Below, piece after piece: positions 1 through 9,333 of a stretch of DNA of 64,000 bases. The notes beneath the pieces were generated by a model. It saw nothing but the letters and a program-made list of their open reading frames with translations, was not told the DNA's origin and made no database searches. Within the stretch, counting starts at the first letter, position 1. The number at the start of each line of letters is the position of its first letter. Location: assembly GCA_016197005.1 (NCBI GenBank), contig JACPWO010000004.1:70305-134304 (forward strand), read 5' to 3'. The position numbers and the translations under genes are program-made. This DNA comes from Candidatus Anderseniibacteriota bacterium (GTDB taxonomy: Bacteria; Patescibacteriota; Andersenbacteria; UBA10190).

Positions 1-960
1 ATAAGCCACGGTTTCAGCACGAATAAAGCCTCGTTCAAAGTCTGAGTGAATCTTTCCGGCAGCTTGTGGTGCCTTAGATCCTCCTTGTACTGTCCAGGCT
101 CGACTCTCTTGCTTACCCGTCGTAAAGAAGGTAATTAAGTTGAGTAGGGTATAGCTCGCTTGAATGAGACGCTCAAGCCCAGTTGCATGCAGACCGTATT
201 CTGCCAAAAAAGTAGTTCGCTCTTCGTCAGAGAGCTCAACTAATTCTTGCTCAATTTTTACTGAAATTGGCAGGACAGGAGAGTGTTGTTTGGCAAATTC
301 TTTTACCAGGCTGTCAGCGGAAGCAATTTGCGATTCACTTACGTTGGCCAGGTACAGAACAGGTTTAGCGGTGAGAAGGTGAACCATGTGCTGCACTTCT
401 TCGTCTTGCTCTGTCAAAACAACGTCGCGAGCTGGTTTGCCGGCCGACAGAAGCTCTTCATATTTAGTGAGCAGAGTATCGAGAATGAGAGATTCTTTAT
501 CTTTTCCTTTTATTTTTTTCTCCAAATTAGCTCGCATCTTTTGGACAGTCGCCAGGTCAGCCAGCGCCAGCTCTGTGTTAATCGTTTCAACGTCTCGAAT
601 GGGATCAACTGAGGAATCGACATGAATAATGTCGGCGTTATCGAAAAAGCGGACAACGTGAACAATGGCATCTACTTCACGAATATTAGCTAAAAATTTA
701 TTGCCTAGTCCTTCGCCCTCATGAGCTCCTCGTACCAGTCCGGCGATATCTACAAATTCAATCGTGGTAGGAGTAATTTTTTCAGATTCGGAAATTTCAG
801 TAAGGCGGGCGAGTCGTTTGTCTGGTACTGCTACAATACCGATATTGGGATCAATAGTCGTAAAGGGCACGTTTTGGGCCTTAGCTGCTTGTTTCGTAAG
901 TGCATTAAAAAGCGTCGATTTTCCGACATTTGGCAATCCAACGATTCCTACTCTTAGCAC
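1..960 (-). CDS. ychF: Ribosome-binding ATPase YchF (Obg-family GTPase); the C-terminal ~20 aa run off the window start. Absent from the ORF track because it is edge-truncated.
   Basis: The reverse complement from GTG at 960 translates to 'VLRVGIVGLPNVGKSTLFNALTKQAAKAQNVPFTTIDPN' (G1 P-loop). The reverse complement of 1-40 gives 'ERGFIRAETVAY', the conserved YchF C-terminal motif. Confidence 0.85.
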   Translation of the reverse strand, partial: MLRVGIVGLPNVGKSTLFNALTKQAAKAQNVPFTTIDPNIGIVAVPDKRLARLTEISESEKITPTTIEFVDIAGLVRGAHEGEGLGNKFLANIREVDAIVHVVRFFDNADIIHVDSSVDPIRDVETINTELALADLATVQKMRANLEKKIKGKDKESLILDTLLTKYEELLSAGKPARDVVLTEQDEEVQHMVHLLTAKPVLYLANVSESQIASADSLVKEFAKQHSPVLPISVKIEQELVELSDEERTTFLAEYGLHATGLERLIQASYTLLNLITFFTTGKQESRAWTVQGGSKAPQAAGKIHSDFERGFIRAETVAY

Positions 961-2587
961 GATATTGGAACTTTACGGGTAATGACCTTGACTGTAGCGG
1001 AATCTGCACCTGTAATTCAACTTCTTCGCGTTCAACCACCACCTTTTTGACAATATTGCTGATGAGAAGCATTTTGTCTTTCTCAGCCATTCGGCGGAGC
1101 ACATTAGCTGCTACCTGACATAGTTCGTCGACACTCTCTGCCGGTTTAGTGGCTTCTGTTTGCAATGCTGCCATCTGCTTATCGTATAATTTTAACCTCC
1201 TCTTGGCATCCCGGCTGAACTTCCGGAATTGCTCAAAGGGCATGTCCCCAGCACCATAGGCTTTCGTATAGCGGTCGTGTTCGGCTGTGACCTTTTTGGT
1301 GAGATGCTGTAACTCACGCACTTCGCGGGTGGCTGCAGTACCCTTTGCCTGGGTTTTGATATCAACCTCTGCCTGACTTTGCAGAATCGTAGGATCGGTC
1401 ATGATTTTTTCTAGCGTTGCCCATACTGCGGCGTCGAGGGCTTCAGCGTTAATACCGGAAAGCATGCACTCTGTCGGCTTAGGATGATTGTAGATACGTT
1501 GGGCGCAGCGATAGTACCGATTATTATATCCACCAGGATCACCCACGCGCCGATGGCCGCATTCACAAAAGACTTTTCCGGAAAGCAGATAAGAGCGTTT
1601 ACGGTTCTTGGCCTTGCGTCGTTTGTTTTCATCCAGAATCAGTTGCGCTTTCTCAAACGTGCCGTCGTCTTCCAGAATTGGCGGTACCGAGTAGGCAATC
1701 CAATCTTTCTCGTCTCTCAGCCGCCGGCTGCTTTTCTTAACACGGCGGTACTCATTATTTTTAATCGGGTTTTTAGGCACAATAGCCTCGTGCTTATTAA
1801 AGTAAACCTTGCCCTCGACATATGACTTGCAGGTGAGGATTCGTTCCAGCGGCCCTGTTGTCCAGCTATCACTTTTTTGTTTGCGGGGCATTATTTTCAT
1901 CGCGTAGAGTCGCTCAATAATTTGCCTTAAGCTAACCCGCTCGTCGACGAACCAGTGAAAAATGAGCCTGATAATATGGGACTCTTCTTCATCAATTACA
2001 TATTCGCGTGTCTCATCCTTTTTATCTCCGGACGCACCTGGCGTGCGGACAATCTTCCAGCCATATAATGCGTGGCCGTTGACCAGGCGTCCCCCTTCAG
2101 CCCGGCGCAGCTTGGCAATACGAAACCGATCGGCGATTTTGAATCGTTCCCATTCGGAGAAGAGACCTTGCATGCCCTGGAATAGACGATCCTCGTCAGT
2201 GACGACTTCTTTATCGTGAAGGGGTAAGAAGCGAATGCTACGATCCTCTAGTTCCTCAATAACAATTTCTTGGTATGAATATTTCCGGGCAATGCGACCA
2301 CGGTCGTAGGTATACAGCACTTGGAATTTTCCATCTAAAGCTGCCTTGCGCATGTCATCGAGGCCGGGGCGCTTAAGGATGGTACCCGTCCATCCATCAT
2401 CAAGGAAAATATTCTCTTTGGCCAATTCATTGCCATCACTAGTCACCCGAGCTTTTATGTCCGCAATCTGCACCTCAATCGTCTCCTCATCCTCCTGACG
2501 GGCGGTTGAGACACGAGCATATAGTGCAGCAATCTGTGATTGCAACTTTATAGGCGCGTCAGTAAAATTGGCATTGGATGATGGCAT
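905..2587 (-). CDS. Large serine recombinase (phage-type integrase), 560 aa
   Basis: N-terminal resolvase catalytic motif 'AALYARVSTARQ'; C-terminal zinc-ribbon 'CECGHRRVGDPGGYNNRYYRCAQR'; length typical of large serine integrases. Its 3' end overlaps the ychF start by 56 nt in a different frame. Confidence 0.85.
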   Translation of the reverse strand: MPSSNANFTDAPIKLQSQIAALYARVSTARQEDEETIEVQIADIKARVTSDGNELAKENIFLDDGWTGTILKRPGLDDMRKAALDGKFQVLYTYDRGRIARKYSYQEIVIEELEDRSIRFLPLHDKEVVTDEDRLFQGMQGLFSEWERFKIADRFRIAKLRRAEGGRLVNGHALYGWKIVRTPGASGDKKDETREYVIDEEESHIIRLIFHWFVDERVSLRQIIERLYAMKIMPRKQKSDSWTTGPLERILTCKSYVEGKVYFNKHEAIVPKNPIKNNEYRRVKKSSRRLRDEKDWIAYSVPPILEDDGTFEKAQLILDENKRRKAKNRKRSYLLSGKVFCECGHRRVGDPGGYNNRYYRCAQRIYNHPKPTECMLSGINAEALDAAVWATLEKIMTDPTILQSQAEVDIKTQAKGTAATREVRELQHLTKKVTAEHDRYTKAYGAGDMPFEQFRKFSRDAKRRLKLYDKQMAALQTEATKPAESVDELCQVAANVLRRMAEKDKMLLISNIVKKVVVEREEVELQVQIPLQSRSLPVKFQYRAKSRNRWIAKCRKIDAF

Positions 2588-2869
2588 AGTTCGTCATCTG
2601 CCAGAGGCCGCAGGTTACATCGTGGTCTCTGGTTTTAGTTAATGGCTATGTTGGCGCAGATAAGTGCATATTTTACGAATGAGTATTATCCACTTTTGGC
2701 GCATCAGGATGATAGCTCTGAGTTGGCGTTCCAGCATCTCGACTTGCGCGCTCCTTTTGGAGCTCTTTTCGGGCTAGTGAAAATAGTAGGGCGAAGCCAG
2801 CCAGCGCGTAGTCTTGGCTGTCGGGGTCGGCGGCGTAGGTCAGCCGAATCGTTACTGGCTTTACCCGCT

Positions 2870-3187
2870 TCACCGGAGGATTTTTTTCAAATCAGCGAAC
2901 GTCAAACCTTGAAAACCGATCAGCGCAGGGATATCAATATTTTCTTCTACTTTACCGGCGTAGACGATATTCTCTTTTTGGAGATCGTCTAGTTCACTTT
3001 GCAACTCCTTGTCAGTCCAATGTGCGGTGCCGCGCCAGCCATACTGAATAATCTCTTCCAAACCGTCGGTATTTTGGGCGTAAACGATGTCTGTTCGCTT
3101 GTCACTGAAGATGAGCCATTCTGCTTGGTCTCGGTCGAACTCTCTTCCAAACGCTCTGAAGCTAGCCGCCTCATTTGTTTTTTTCAT
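2870..3187 (-). CDS. Hypothetical protein (mobile-element cargo)
   Basis: 105-aa ORF co-directional with the recombinase; no recognisable motifs. Confidence 0.3.
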   Translation of the reverse strand: MKKTNEAASFRAFGREFDRDQAEWLIFSDKRTDIVYAQNTDGLEEIIQYGWRGTAHWTDKELQSELDDLQKENIVYAGKVEENIDIPALIGFQGLTFADLKKILR

Positions 3188-3251
3188 TGCTTTAATTCAA
3201 TTAAGACTTAATGGGAATGCCGGGAGAGGGATTACCCCTCCCGGCCTTGTG

Positions 3252-3647
3252 TCATTTTTGGACATTACGCAATTGGCCACAGTGAGGACAGTGGACGCGC
3301 TGTTGTATTGCAATCAATTCAGCTCCCGCTTTCTCCAATTCAAGGCCTATCAAAAACTGCTTAATAACAGATCGTGCCAAGCGGCTACTGTCAATCACCA
3401 ACACCCTGTCAACCTTGCCCTCACGCGCATCGTCTAACAGCCGTTTCAATGCCGGGCGATCAGCGTTTGAGCCACTACCGATGTCTTTGTAGGAAATACT
3501 CCCATTGCCCCCGCTACGGCGGACATAAGCCTGTAACTGCTGCTCTTGCTGGTCATTCTTCTTGTCACTTTGTTGACCAGAAGCGGATCGGATGTACAGC
3601 GCAACTTTTCGTTCTTTCAAATTCAAATCAGTCATTTCAATCATCAC
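3252..3647 (-). CDS. Serine recombinase/resolvase catalytic-domain-only protein (131 aa)
   Basis: 'KVALYIRSASGQQ' (catalytic Ser region) and 'VDRVLVIDSSRLARS' match the resolvase N-terminal domain. There is no DNA-binding HTH domain, so it is truncated or a domain-only protein. Confidence 0.55.
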   Translation of the reverse strand: MMIEMTDLNLKERKVALYIRSASGQQSDKKNDQQEQQLQAYVRRSGGNGSISYKDIGSGSNADRPALKRLLDDAREGKVDRVLVIDSSRLARSVIKQFLIGLELEKAGAELIAIQQRVHCPHCGQLRNVQK

Positions 3648-5250
3648 CTCCTTTCTGCAAGTGCTGAGATTCTGGTCTACCCGTTAAAGAATGGTCAGAA
3701 TGGACACTTTGAAGCTGGGTGGCATAATTCTGTCCATTGTGTCCATAAGTTTTAAGGTAATCAGGGTGAACTTCTAATGTGGGCGATGGATTCCTGCCCG
3801 CCCCCGGTTTTCGATCTGATTGTAATTCTCGGATATAGCCATGCCTTATAAGCAGGTTGAGAGGGGACTCCAAATCGTCTATTTTTGGCAACTTACCCCG
3901 TGCGCGTCGGTGAAGTTCTCGTTTCGTGACAGAGCTTTTGTCAGTCTCCTTAATCCAACCTAGGAGATATTTTGCCAGCTCAACATCTGAATCCGCTTTC
4001 AATAATCCATGGGCAGCGCGAGCGTGCTCGGCGAGATAGTCACCGATTTCAATTGCACGATAAACTGTCTCGGGTGAAATCAAATCATCCCACGGCGCGG
4101 GATGGGCGTGATGATCACCGAGATGTAACAATCCAGCCACCCGAGCGACCGTTCCAACCAACTTTGATGCCCAATTGATAAAGCCGTGGTAATCCCCATA
4201 GGGAGCTAGTTTCGGCTCAATGGTGGATGCGTAATAATCGAACACATCACTGGCTTCCGGTGAGAAGCGCAGCAGCCAAGCTTTTGGTTTTTTGTGATCG
4301 TCTGTATCTCCCTTGAGACGAAAGAGATTCAAAATGAGGCGGTCATAATTATCAACAATATGTTGCGGTACTGGTGGTACTTTGATTTCGCGGTGTCCAA
4401 CATTAGATTGTGGGAATGCCGGCAATATTCTAGCGACGAGTCCACGCTCAACGAGCTGAGGTACTTTACCCATTTCTTGGAACACAATGGGCTGAATGGT
4501 TAGTACCATTGTTAGAGCAGGCCGATTTAGTACCCCACCCTGCCGTGTTACGCGATCAATAATGTGGGTATCACCGTCATGCGCCTTTAGAAAAATTCCT
4601 AGATTTGGTTGGCCCTGTTTGTCGTATCGCCCGCCAATAATCGAAAAGGCATCCGTATCTGCTGAGAGCAGGCCAATACGCTCTCCCTGTTCCAGTAAGA
4701 TCGAAACAACTTTCTCTGGCGTAACATCATCGACGACAAATCGTCGGTATACTAGAGGTCGCATTTTGGAAAAATCAACAGCCAGCGCGTTCGCAATGCT
4801 TTTCTTCTCTTCAAGTTCTTCTGGTTTTGCTTTTGCGGCTTCGTCCTGTGCATGCTTAACGCGTTTACGCATGATCTCGTATTCGCTTTGAGATTCCTCG
4901 ACCGATTCCTTCATTTCGGCGCGTAAGTCCTTTTCGAACTCGTAAATGCACCGCGTAGCGTGACTAAACACAGATGACTTTCTACCACCGGATGGGATCA
5001 GCACGAGAATGTAGACTGATAGCGTCTCCACCCATCCAGGTTTAATAAAAACATCCACTTTGCGCTGAATTGCAGTGGCAAGGACACCGAGGCCAACGAG
5101 CGCTGGAAGATCAATAGGGGTTTGTGTGTTTACAGCTTCAGCCGCCACCCATTCCTGCAGGTCGAGCGGTAAAGTATGTAAGGGGAATGGAGGTAACTGA
5201 TACTCATCAAATGGTGTGATGGGCTCCCATTGTGGCGAATCGTTTTTCAT
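3637..5250 (-). CDS. Phage/plasmid replication-associated protein (DUF3987-like primase-associated, degenerate P-loop)
   Basis: 537 aa with a 'LIPSGGRKSS' P-loop-like segment. Start (ATGA) overlaps the upstream CHC2 zinc-finger gene. The assignment rests on my recollection of DUF3987 architecture. Confidence 0.4.
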   Translation of the reverse strand: MKNDSPQWEPITPFDEYQLPPFPLHTLPLDLQEWVAAEAVNTQTPIDLPALVGLGVLATAIQRKVDVFIKPGWVETLSVYILVLIPSGGRKSSVFSHATRCIYEFEKDLRAEMKESVEESQSEYEIMRKRVKHAQDEAAKAKPEELEEKKSIANALAVDFSKMRPLVYRRFVVDDVTPEKVVSILLEQGERIGLLSADTDAFSIIGGRYDKQGQPNLGIFLKAHDGDTHIIDRVTRQGGVLNRPALTMVLTIQPIVFQEMGKVPQLVERGLVARILPAFPQSNVGHREIKVPPVPQHIVDNYDRLILNLFRLKGDTDDHKKPKAWLLRFSPEASDVFDYYASTIEPKLAPYGDYHGFINWASKLVGTVARVAGLLHLGDHHAHPAPWDDLISPETVYRAIEIGDYLAEHARAAHGLLKADSDVELAKYLLGWIKETDKSSVTKRELHRRARGKLPKIDDLESPLNLLIRHGYIRELQSDRKPGAGRNPSPTLEVHPDYLKTYGHNGQNYATQLQSVHSDHSLTGRPESQHLQKGGDD

Positions 5251-5921
5251 AGGCGTTGTAATTCGCCGACCGCTTCCCGGAAGTTGCAGTTACGGATTCG
5301 TTGAACAAAGTCAATTGCATCGCCACCTTCATTGCAGGCACCGAAGCACCACCATCGCCCTTCTTCGGGGTAAACGAAAAAAGATGGAGTCTTATCTCGA
5401 TGAAATGGGCAGCGACCTTTAAAAGTTCGTCCAGATGGACGTAGTTCAACATCTCGAGCGACTACAACTTCGATATGGGCATTTTCCTTAATTGCGATGG
5501 TATCGATGTGTCCAGTAATTGCAACTGGCTTTGGCGAGAAAAAGTTTGTGCCATGACTGAGATCATAAAATTGGCCCAGAAATTGGGTACGTCGCTTGAT
5601 TTGCCACTGTTCACGACGCGTTTGTCGCACCATCCGTTGGTACAAACCACACAGGAAGCTATCAGCTGGGAGTTTTGGAATTATTTTATCTACATCATTC
5701 AGCCATTGTTCGTTATGGAGCTTCCGTAGGTATAAGTCGATAAGGTTTTGGACGACAACAAGCTGAATTTCTTTGTCGCGACCGAAAACCTCGATCAAAT
5801 ACTCCGGAGTGTGTTGATGGTCTTGCGCTCCTCGGCCAGATCCCTGTATAGTCGGAACATAAAGACTCTCCTTGATTCGCGTCGGGGCGATTTTTTTTGT
5901 TTTGGCATTAGGGGTCGCCAT
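5247..5921 (-). CDS. CHC2 (DnaG primase-type) zinc-finger domain protein
   Basis: C-terminal 'CPFHRDKTPSFFVYPEEGRWWCFGACNEGGDAIDF' matches the CHC2 zinc-binding domain of primases. It is translationally coupled to the downstream DUF3987-like gene. Confidence 0.55.
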   Translation of the reverse strand: MATPNAKTKKIAPTRIKESLYVPTIQGSGRGAQDHQHTPEYLIEVFGRDKEIQLVVVQNLIDLYLRKLHNEQWLNDVDKIIPKLPADSFLCGLYQRMVRQTRREQWQIKRRTQFLGQFYDLSHGTNFFSPKPVAITGHIDTIAIKENAHIEVVVARDVELRPSGRTFKGRCPFHRDKTPSFFVYPEEGRWWCFGACNEGGDAIDFVQRIRNCNFREAVGELQRL

Positions 5922-6317
5922 ATGGTTGCTGGCCGTAGAGGCGGCTCTTCACGAATTTTGATTGTTGGTGGAAGGCCAGAGCGGAGACAGTAAGCCTTCC
6001 AGCCCAGTACTGTTTTTCCCACTCCGGAATTTCATCGCGCCAAGACAACACAAAAGCCGACCGACGATTACCGATCGGTCGAATTGACTCTAATGTGCAG
6101 CCTTTCACAACGAGAGCGGTGCACAATCCCAGGTCAGGTGTTTCAAATTCAAATGCTTTGTTCATACAAGAAAGTTCTTTCTTGTATTTTCCCAGGAAAA
6201 GCCCTCTTTGGCGCGGTTTTAGGCCAAGTTTTGTTTTTGGCAAAACTGGCCCAGGATATGGCAATTTGGGTTATCTCATTTTTTCAAACTGCAATTCTCG
6301 TTTAGTTTTGCACACGG

Positions 6318-7526
6318 CTACTCGCGCAACTCAATAATCCAGGTCAAATGGTGGGCCATACGAAAGGCAGCATGGCGGCTGTAACGTGAGTTCTCGTTGT
6401 GCTTGTCGGAGAAACTCTGCCGAGCAGGTTTGCTTGTGATCCCCAAGAGGTCGTAACCGAACTTCAGGAGCTTTTCCCGCCAATCTTCCGTAGCCGGGAT
6501 CGTAAAAACATGCTTTTCAAAAATCTCATCAGCCGGTAAGGCTAAATCATCTCGCAACACCAAGTAGGCCTTATCAATCGTCTCATTCACCTTGGCTTGG
6601 GCATACGCCCGTTGCTCGGTGACTTTTTGAGTAGTCGGCCACTTCTCGTAAGCTTCGTGGTATATCTCCTTGGCTTTCTCTTGTATTGTGGCCTGAGTGT
6701 TCTCCCAGAGATTCAAAACGTCGAGATAGAATTTGAGGAAGTGGTAGTAATCTTTAATGTTTTGCTCAAACCGGCGGTGGGCGCTGGCCGTGAATTCCGC
6801 AGCTATTTTTTCCTCAATGATTTTTCTACCCTTCTCAATCAGAAAAAAGTTATTACTTTTGATAATCGGTTGTAGCTTCTTCTGAATGACATATAAGGGA
6901 TACAGTTGGTGGATAGAATAAAAGGATTCGTAGGAGTTACCCAAATCTTTAGGATCAGTGACGAAGAAGTCGTCAGGGGGCGGAGTATCGGACACTTCAT
7001 AGAAACTTTCCTTGGGCGGACTCACAACGCGTCGGCGGGAACGATATGGCTTAAGCCAATCTTTCACTGGCACGAATGTTTTCTGTGCAGGAGAGTACTC
7101 GATGTCACTCTGATGGAAATACCAACCCTGGCTGTAATACGTATTGGGGTCAACCGCCTCGCACTCTTCCAGGATTGGCGGGTGAGGAGGGCGGGGTCGC
7201 AGCTGATACCACGTTTTTCCTCTGCGTTTTAGCTGCTCTCGGGGCACATAATCCCAGGTTTTCAGTTTGACCAAGATTGGATTGCCTGTTTTCTCGTCAT
7301 GGGATAAGCCACTATGGTCTCTCAAAATACGCTTCCACTTGAGGATGCCACGATCAACCCGATCTACCGGCTGAAGCAGCCCAGTGCGTTCTAGGTAGGC
7401 TAGTTCCCAAGGATTTGTTTCCAAGCCTTGCTTTTTACAGAACCGAATGAAGGCGAAGCGGCGCAGCAGATCTTGGGGTCGGTAAGGCGTTTTAATCCCC
7501 TTTGCTATTGTAATTGTGTTTTTCAT
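6318..7526 (-). CDS. Hypothetical protein (mobile element), 402 aa
   Basis: Long ORF with no recognisable catalytic motifs, placed between the replication module and the ParB-methyltransferase gene. Confidence 0.4.
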   Translation of the reverse strand: MKNTITIAKGIKTPYRPQDLLRRFAFIRFCKKQGLETNPWELAYLERTGLLQPVDRVDRGILKWKRILRDHSGLSHDEKTGNPILVKLKTWDYVPREQLKRRGKTWYQLRPRPPHPPILEECEAVDPNTYYSQGWYFHQSDIEYSPAQKTFVPVKDWLKPYRSRRRVVSPPKESFYEVSDTPPPDDFFVTDPKDLGNSYESFYSIHQLYPLYVIQKKLQPIIKSNNFFLIEKGRKIIEEKIAAEFTASAHRRFEQNIKDYYHFLKFYLDVLNLWENTQATIQEKAKEIYHEAYEKWPTTQKVTEQRAYAQAKVNETIDKAYLVLRDDLALPADEIFEKHVFTIPATEDWREKLLKFGYDLLGITSKPARQSFSDKHNENSRYSRHAAFRMAHHLTWIIELRE

Positions 7527-7682
7527 GAATGCTCATTTACATAGGTTGGAGCAGAGGTGCCCCATATTTAGGATAGAAATCCTGTGCTGAGTGTGCTATG
7601 GTGTAGGTGACAAGGGAAGTCCAGATTTGCATGAATATGAGGATGAGAATGCCAAGCGGCATTTCTTTTTTATCTCACTCTC

Positions 7683-8927
7683 ATGCTCACCCTCACCGAG
7701 AAAAATGGGCGTACCTATGCCCCCATCAATCAGCTCAAAAACTGGGATAAAAACCCTCGCGGCATTACGAAGGACGGGTATGCACGTCTGAAAAAACAGA
7801 TTGAGACGCTTGGGGAATATAAGCCGCTTCTGGTAACTCCTGATGGTATGGTGCTGGGCGGGAATATGCGGCTCAAAGTATATCGAGACCTTAATAAGTC
7901 AGAAGCTTGGGTATCTGTCATCCATCCAAAGAATGAGAAGGAAATGCTGGAGTATGCGCTGTCAGACAACGACCGGGCAGGCTTTTATGAAGAAGAGAAA
8001 CTTGCCGAGCTTGCATTATCAGTGCCGGAGTTGGATTTGTCGTCATTTTCAGTTGACCTGGGCAAGCCCGTTGGCCTCGAGAGATTAGTGCAGTCGTTCG
8101 GGCCGGAGGCTGAGGAGGACAACTTCGATGAGGCACTACCAGAGGAGCCAGAGAGTAAAATTGGAGAGATTTACGAGCTTGGCCCTCATCGACTAATGTG
8201 CGGAGACAGTACAAATGAAGAGCATGTCCGGCATCTCATGAATGGCAAACGAGCGGTGCTATTTGCAACTGACCCTCCCTACCTCGTGGACTATGACGGA
8301 ACGAACCATCCGCATAAGTGGAATGACCCAGAAACGGTAAAGAAGCGCAAGAATAAGGACTGGAGCCCGACATATCATGATTGGGATGATGCTGCGCAGG
8401 GAGCAGAACTCTACGAAGGTTTTATCCGTGTGGCCATTGCGGAAGCGATTACACCTGATGCTGCTTGGTATTGCTGGCATGCCTCACGTAATGCAGCGAT
8501 GCTGGAAAAAGTATGGGAGCAGTTTGGCGCATTTGTTCACCAGCAGATCGTCTGGGTTAAAGACCGGCCGGTGCTCACGCGCTCTTGGTATATGTGGCAG
8601 CACGAGCCCTGTTTTTTCGGCTGGATTAAAGGCAAAAAACCACAGCGACTCGCACGCAACTATCCGTCTGGTGTATGGAGTATCCCGACAATCAAGCCCG
8701 GTACATCTACTGACCATCCTACAAGCAAGCCGGTGAAGCTCTTTGCCATTCCGATGCAGCAGCACACTAAGCCGGGAGATATTTGTTACGAAGCCTTTGC
8801 GGGATCGGGAAGCCAATTTATCGCTGCCGAGCAATTAGGTCGAATTTGTTACGCAATGGAGATTTCTCCAGCGTACTGCGACGTTATTCGTAAACGCTAT
8901 GAAGCCTATGTCAAAGATAAAAAATAA
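7683..8927 (+). CDS. ParB-like nuclease domain fused to a beta-class N6-adenine/N4-cytosine DNA methyltransferase
   Basis: N-terminal ParB/Srx-like region; 'LFATDPPYLVDYDG' (motif IV, DPPY) precedes 'EAFAGSGSQ' (motif I), the beta-class order. This architecture is typical of phage/plasmid ParB-MTases. Confidence 0.8.
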   Translation: MLTLTEKNGRTYAPINQLKNWDKNPRGITKDGYARLKKQIETLGEYKPLLVTPDGMVLGGNMRLKVYRDLNKSEAWVSVIHPKNEKEMLEYALSDNDRAGFYEEEKLAELALSVPELDLSSFSVDLGKPVGLERLVQSFGPEAEEDNFDEALPEEPESKIGEIYELGPHRLMCGDSTNEEHVRHLMNGKRAVLFATDPPYLVDYDGTNHPHKWNDPETVKKRKNKDWSPTYHDWDDAAQGAELYEGFIRVAIAEAITPDAAWYCWHASRNAAMLEKVWEQFGAFVHQQIVWVKDRPVLTRSWYMWQHEPCFFGWIKGKKPQRLARNYPSGVWSIPTIKPGTSTDHPTSKPVKLFAIPMQQHTKPGDICYEAFAGSGSQFIAAEQLGRICYAMEISPAYCDVIRKRYEAYVKDKK

Positions 8928-9333
8928 GGCGGGGCGGAAGTGGTTTGACGGGAAGGACGAGGCAGTAGTTCTCGCGAAATGCAAAGAAGTTTGGGCTTTT
9001 GGCGGCAATGATGCCGAAGCTGCTTTTTACGCTGAGGTAAGCAAAGATTCTATTAGCCGATATTTGAAAGCGCACGATGATGTGCGGGAATTACGCGACA
9101 GATTGAAGGAGCAGCCGGTACTGCGAGCGCGAAAAACCGTAGTTGAGAACTTGAGTGACCCGCACATTGCCTTCCGCTACTTGGAACGAAAGCGCAAGGA
9201 CGAGTTTGCCGAACGGCAGGAGGTCAGCGGTGAGTTGCGGATTGGCCTATGGCAGCAGTTTGTTCGACAAGCTAATGAAGATGCCCCGAAATATCTCACA
9301 AAGCGAGGACGAGGTCGCGCGAAGACTGCTTAA
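8899..9333 (+). CDS. Putative terminase small subunit
   Basis: 144-aa basic/helical protein immediately upstream of and overlapping the terminase large subunit gene. The call is by position and composition only. Confidence 0.4.
   Translation: MKPMSKIKNKAGRKWFDGKDEAVVLAKCKEVWAFGGNDAEAAFYAEVSKDSISRYLKAHDDVRELRDRLKEQPVLRARKTVVENLSDPHIAFRYLERKRKDEFAERQEVSGELRIGLWQQFVRQANEDAPKYLTKRGRGRAKTA

Noticed and set aside
905-960. Treating the ychF/serine-recombinase 56-nt same-strand overlap as an annotation artifact (a later ychF start)
   Set aside because: The GTG at 960 aligns exactly with the canonical YchF N-terminus ('VLRVGIVGLPNVGKST' against 'MGFKCGIVGLPNVGKST'). The overlap therefore seems real and is more likely an integration-junction feature. 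Kept as a finding rather than dismissed.
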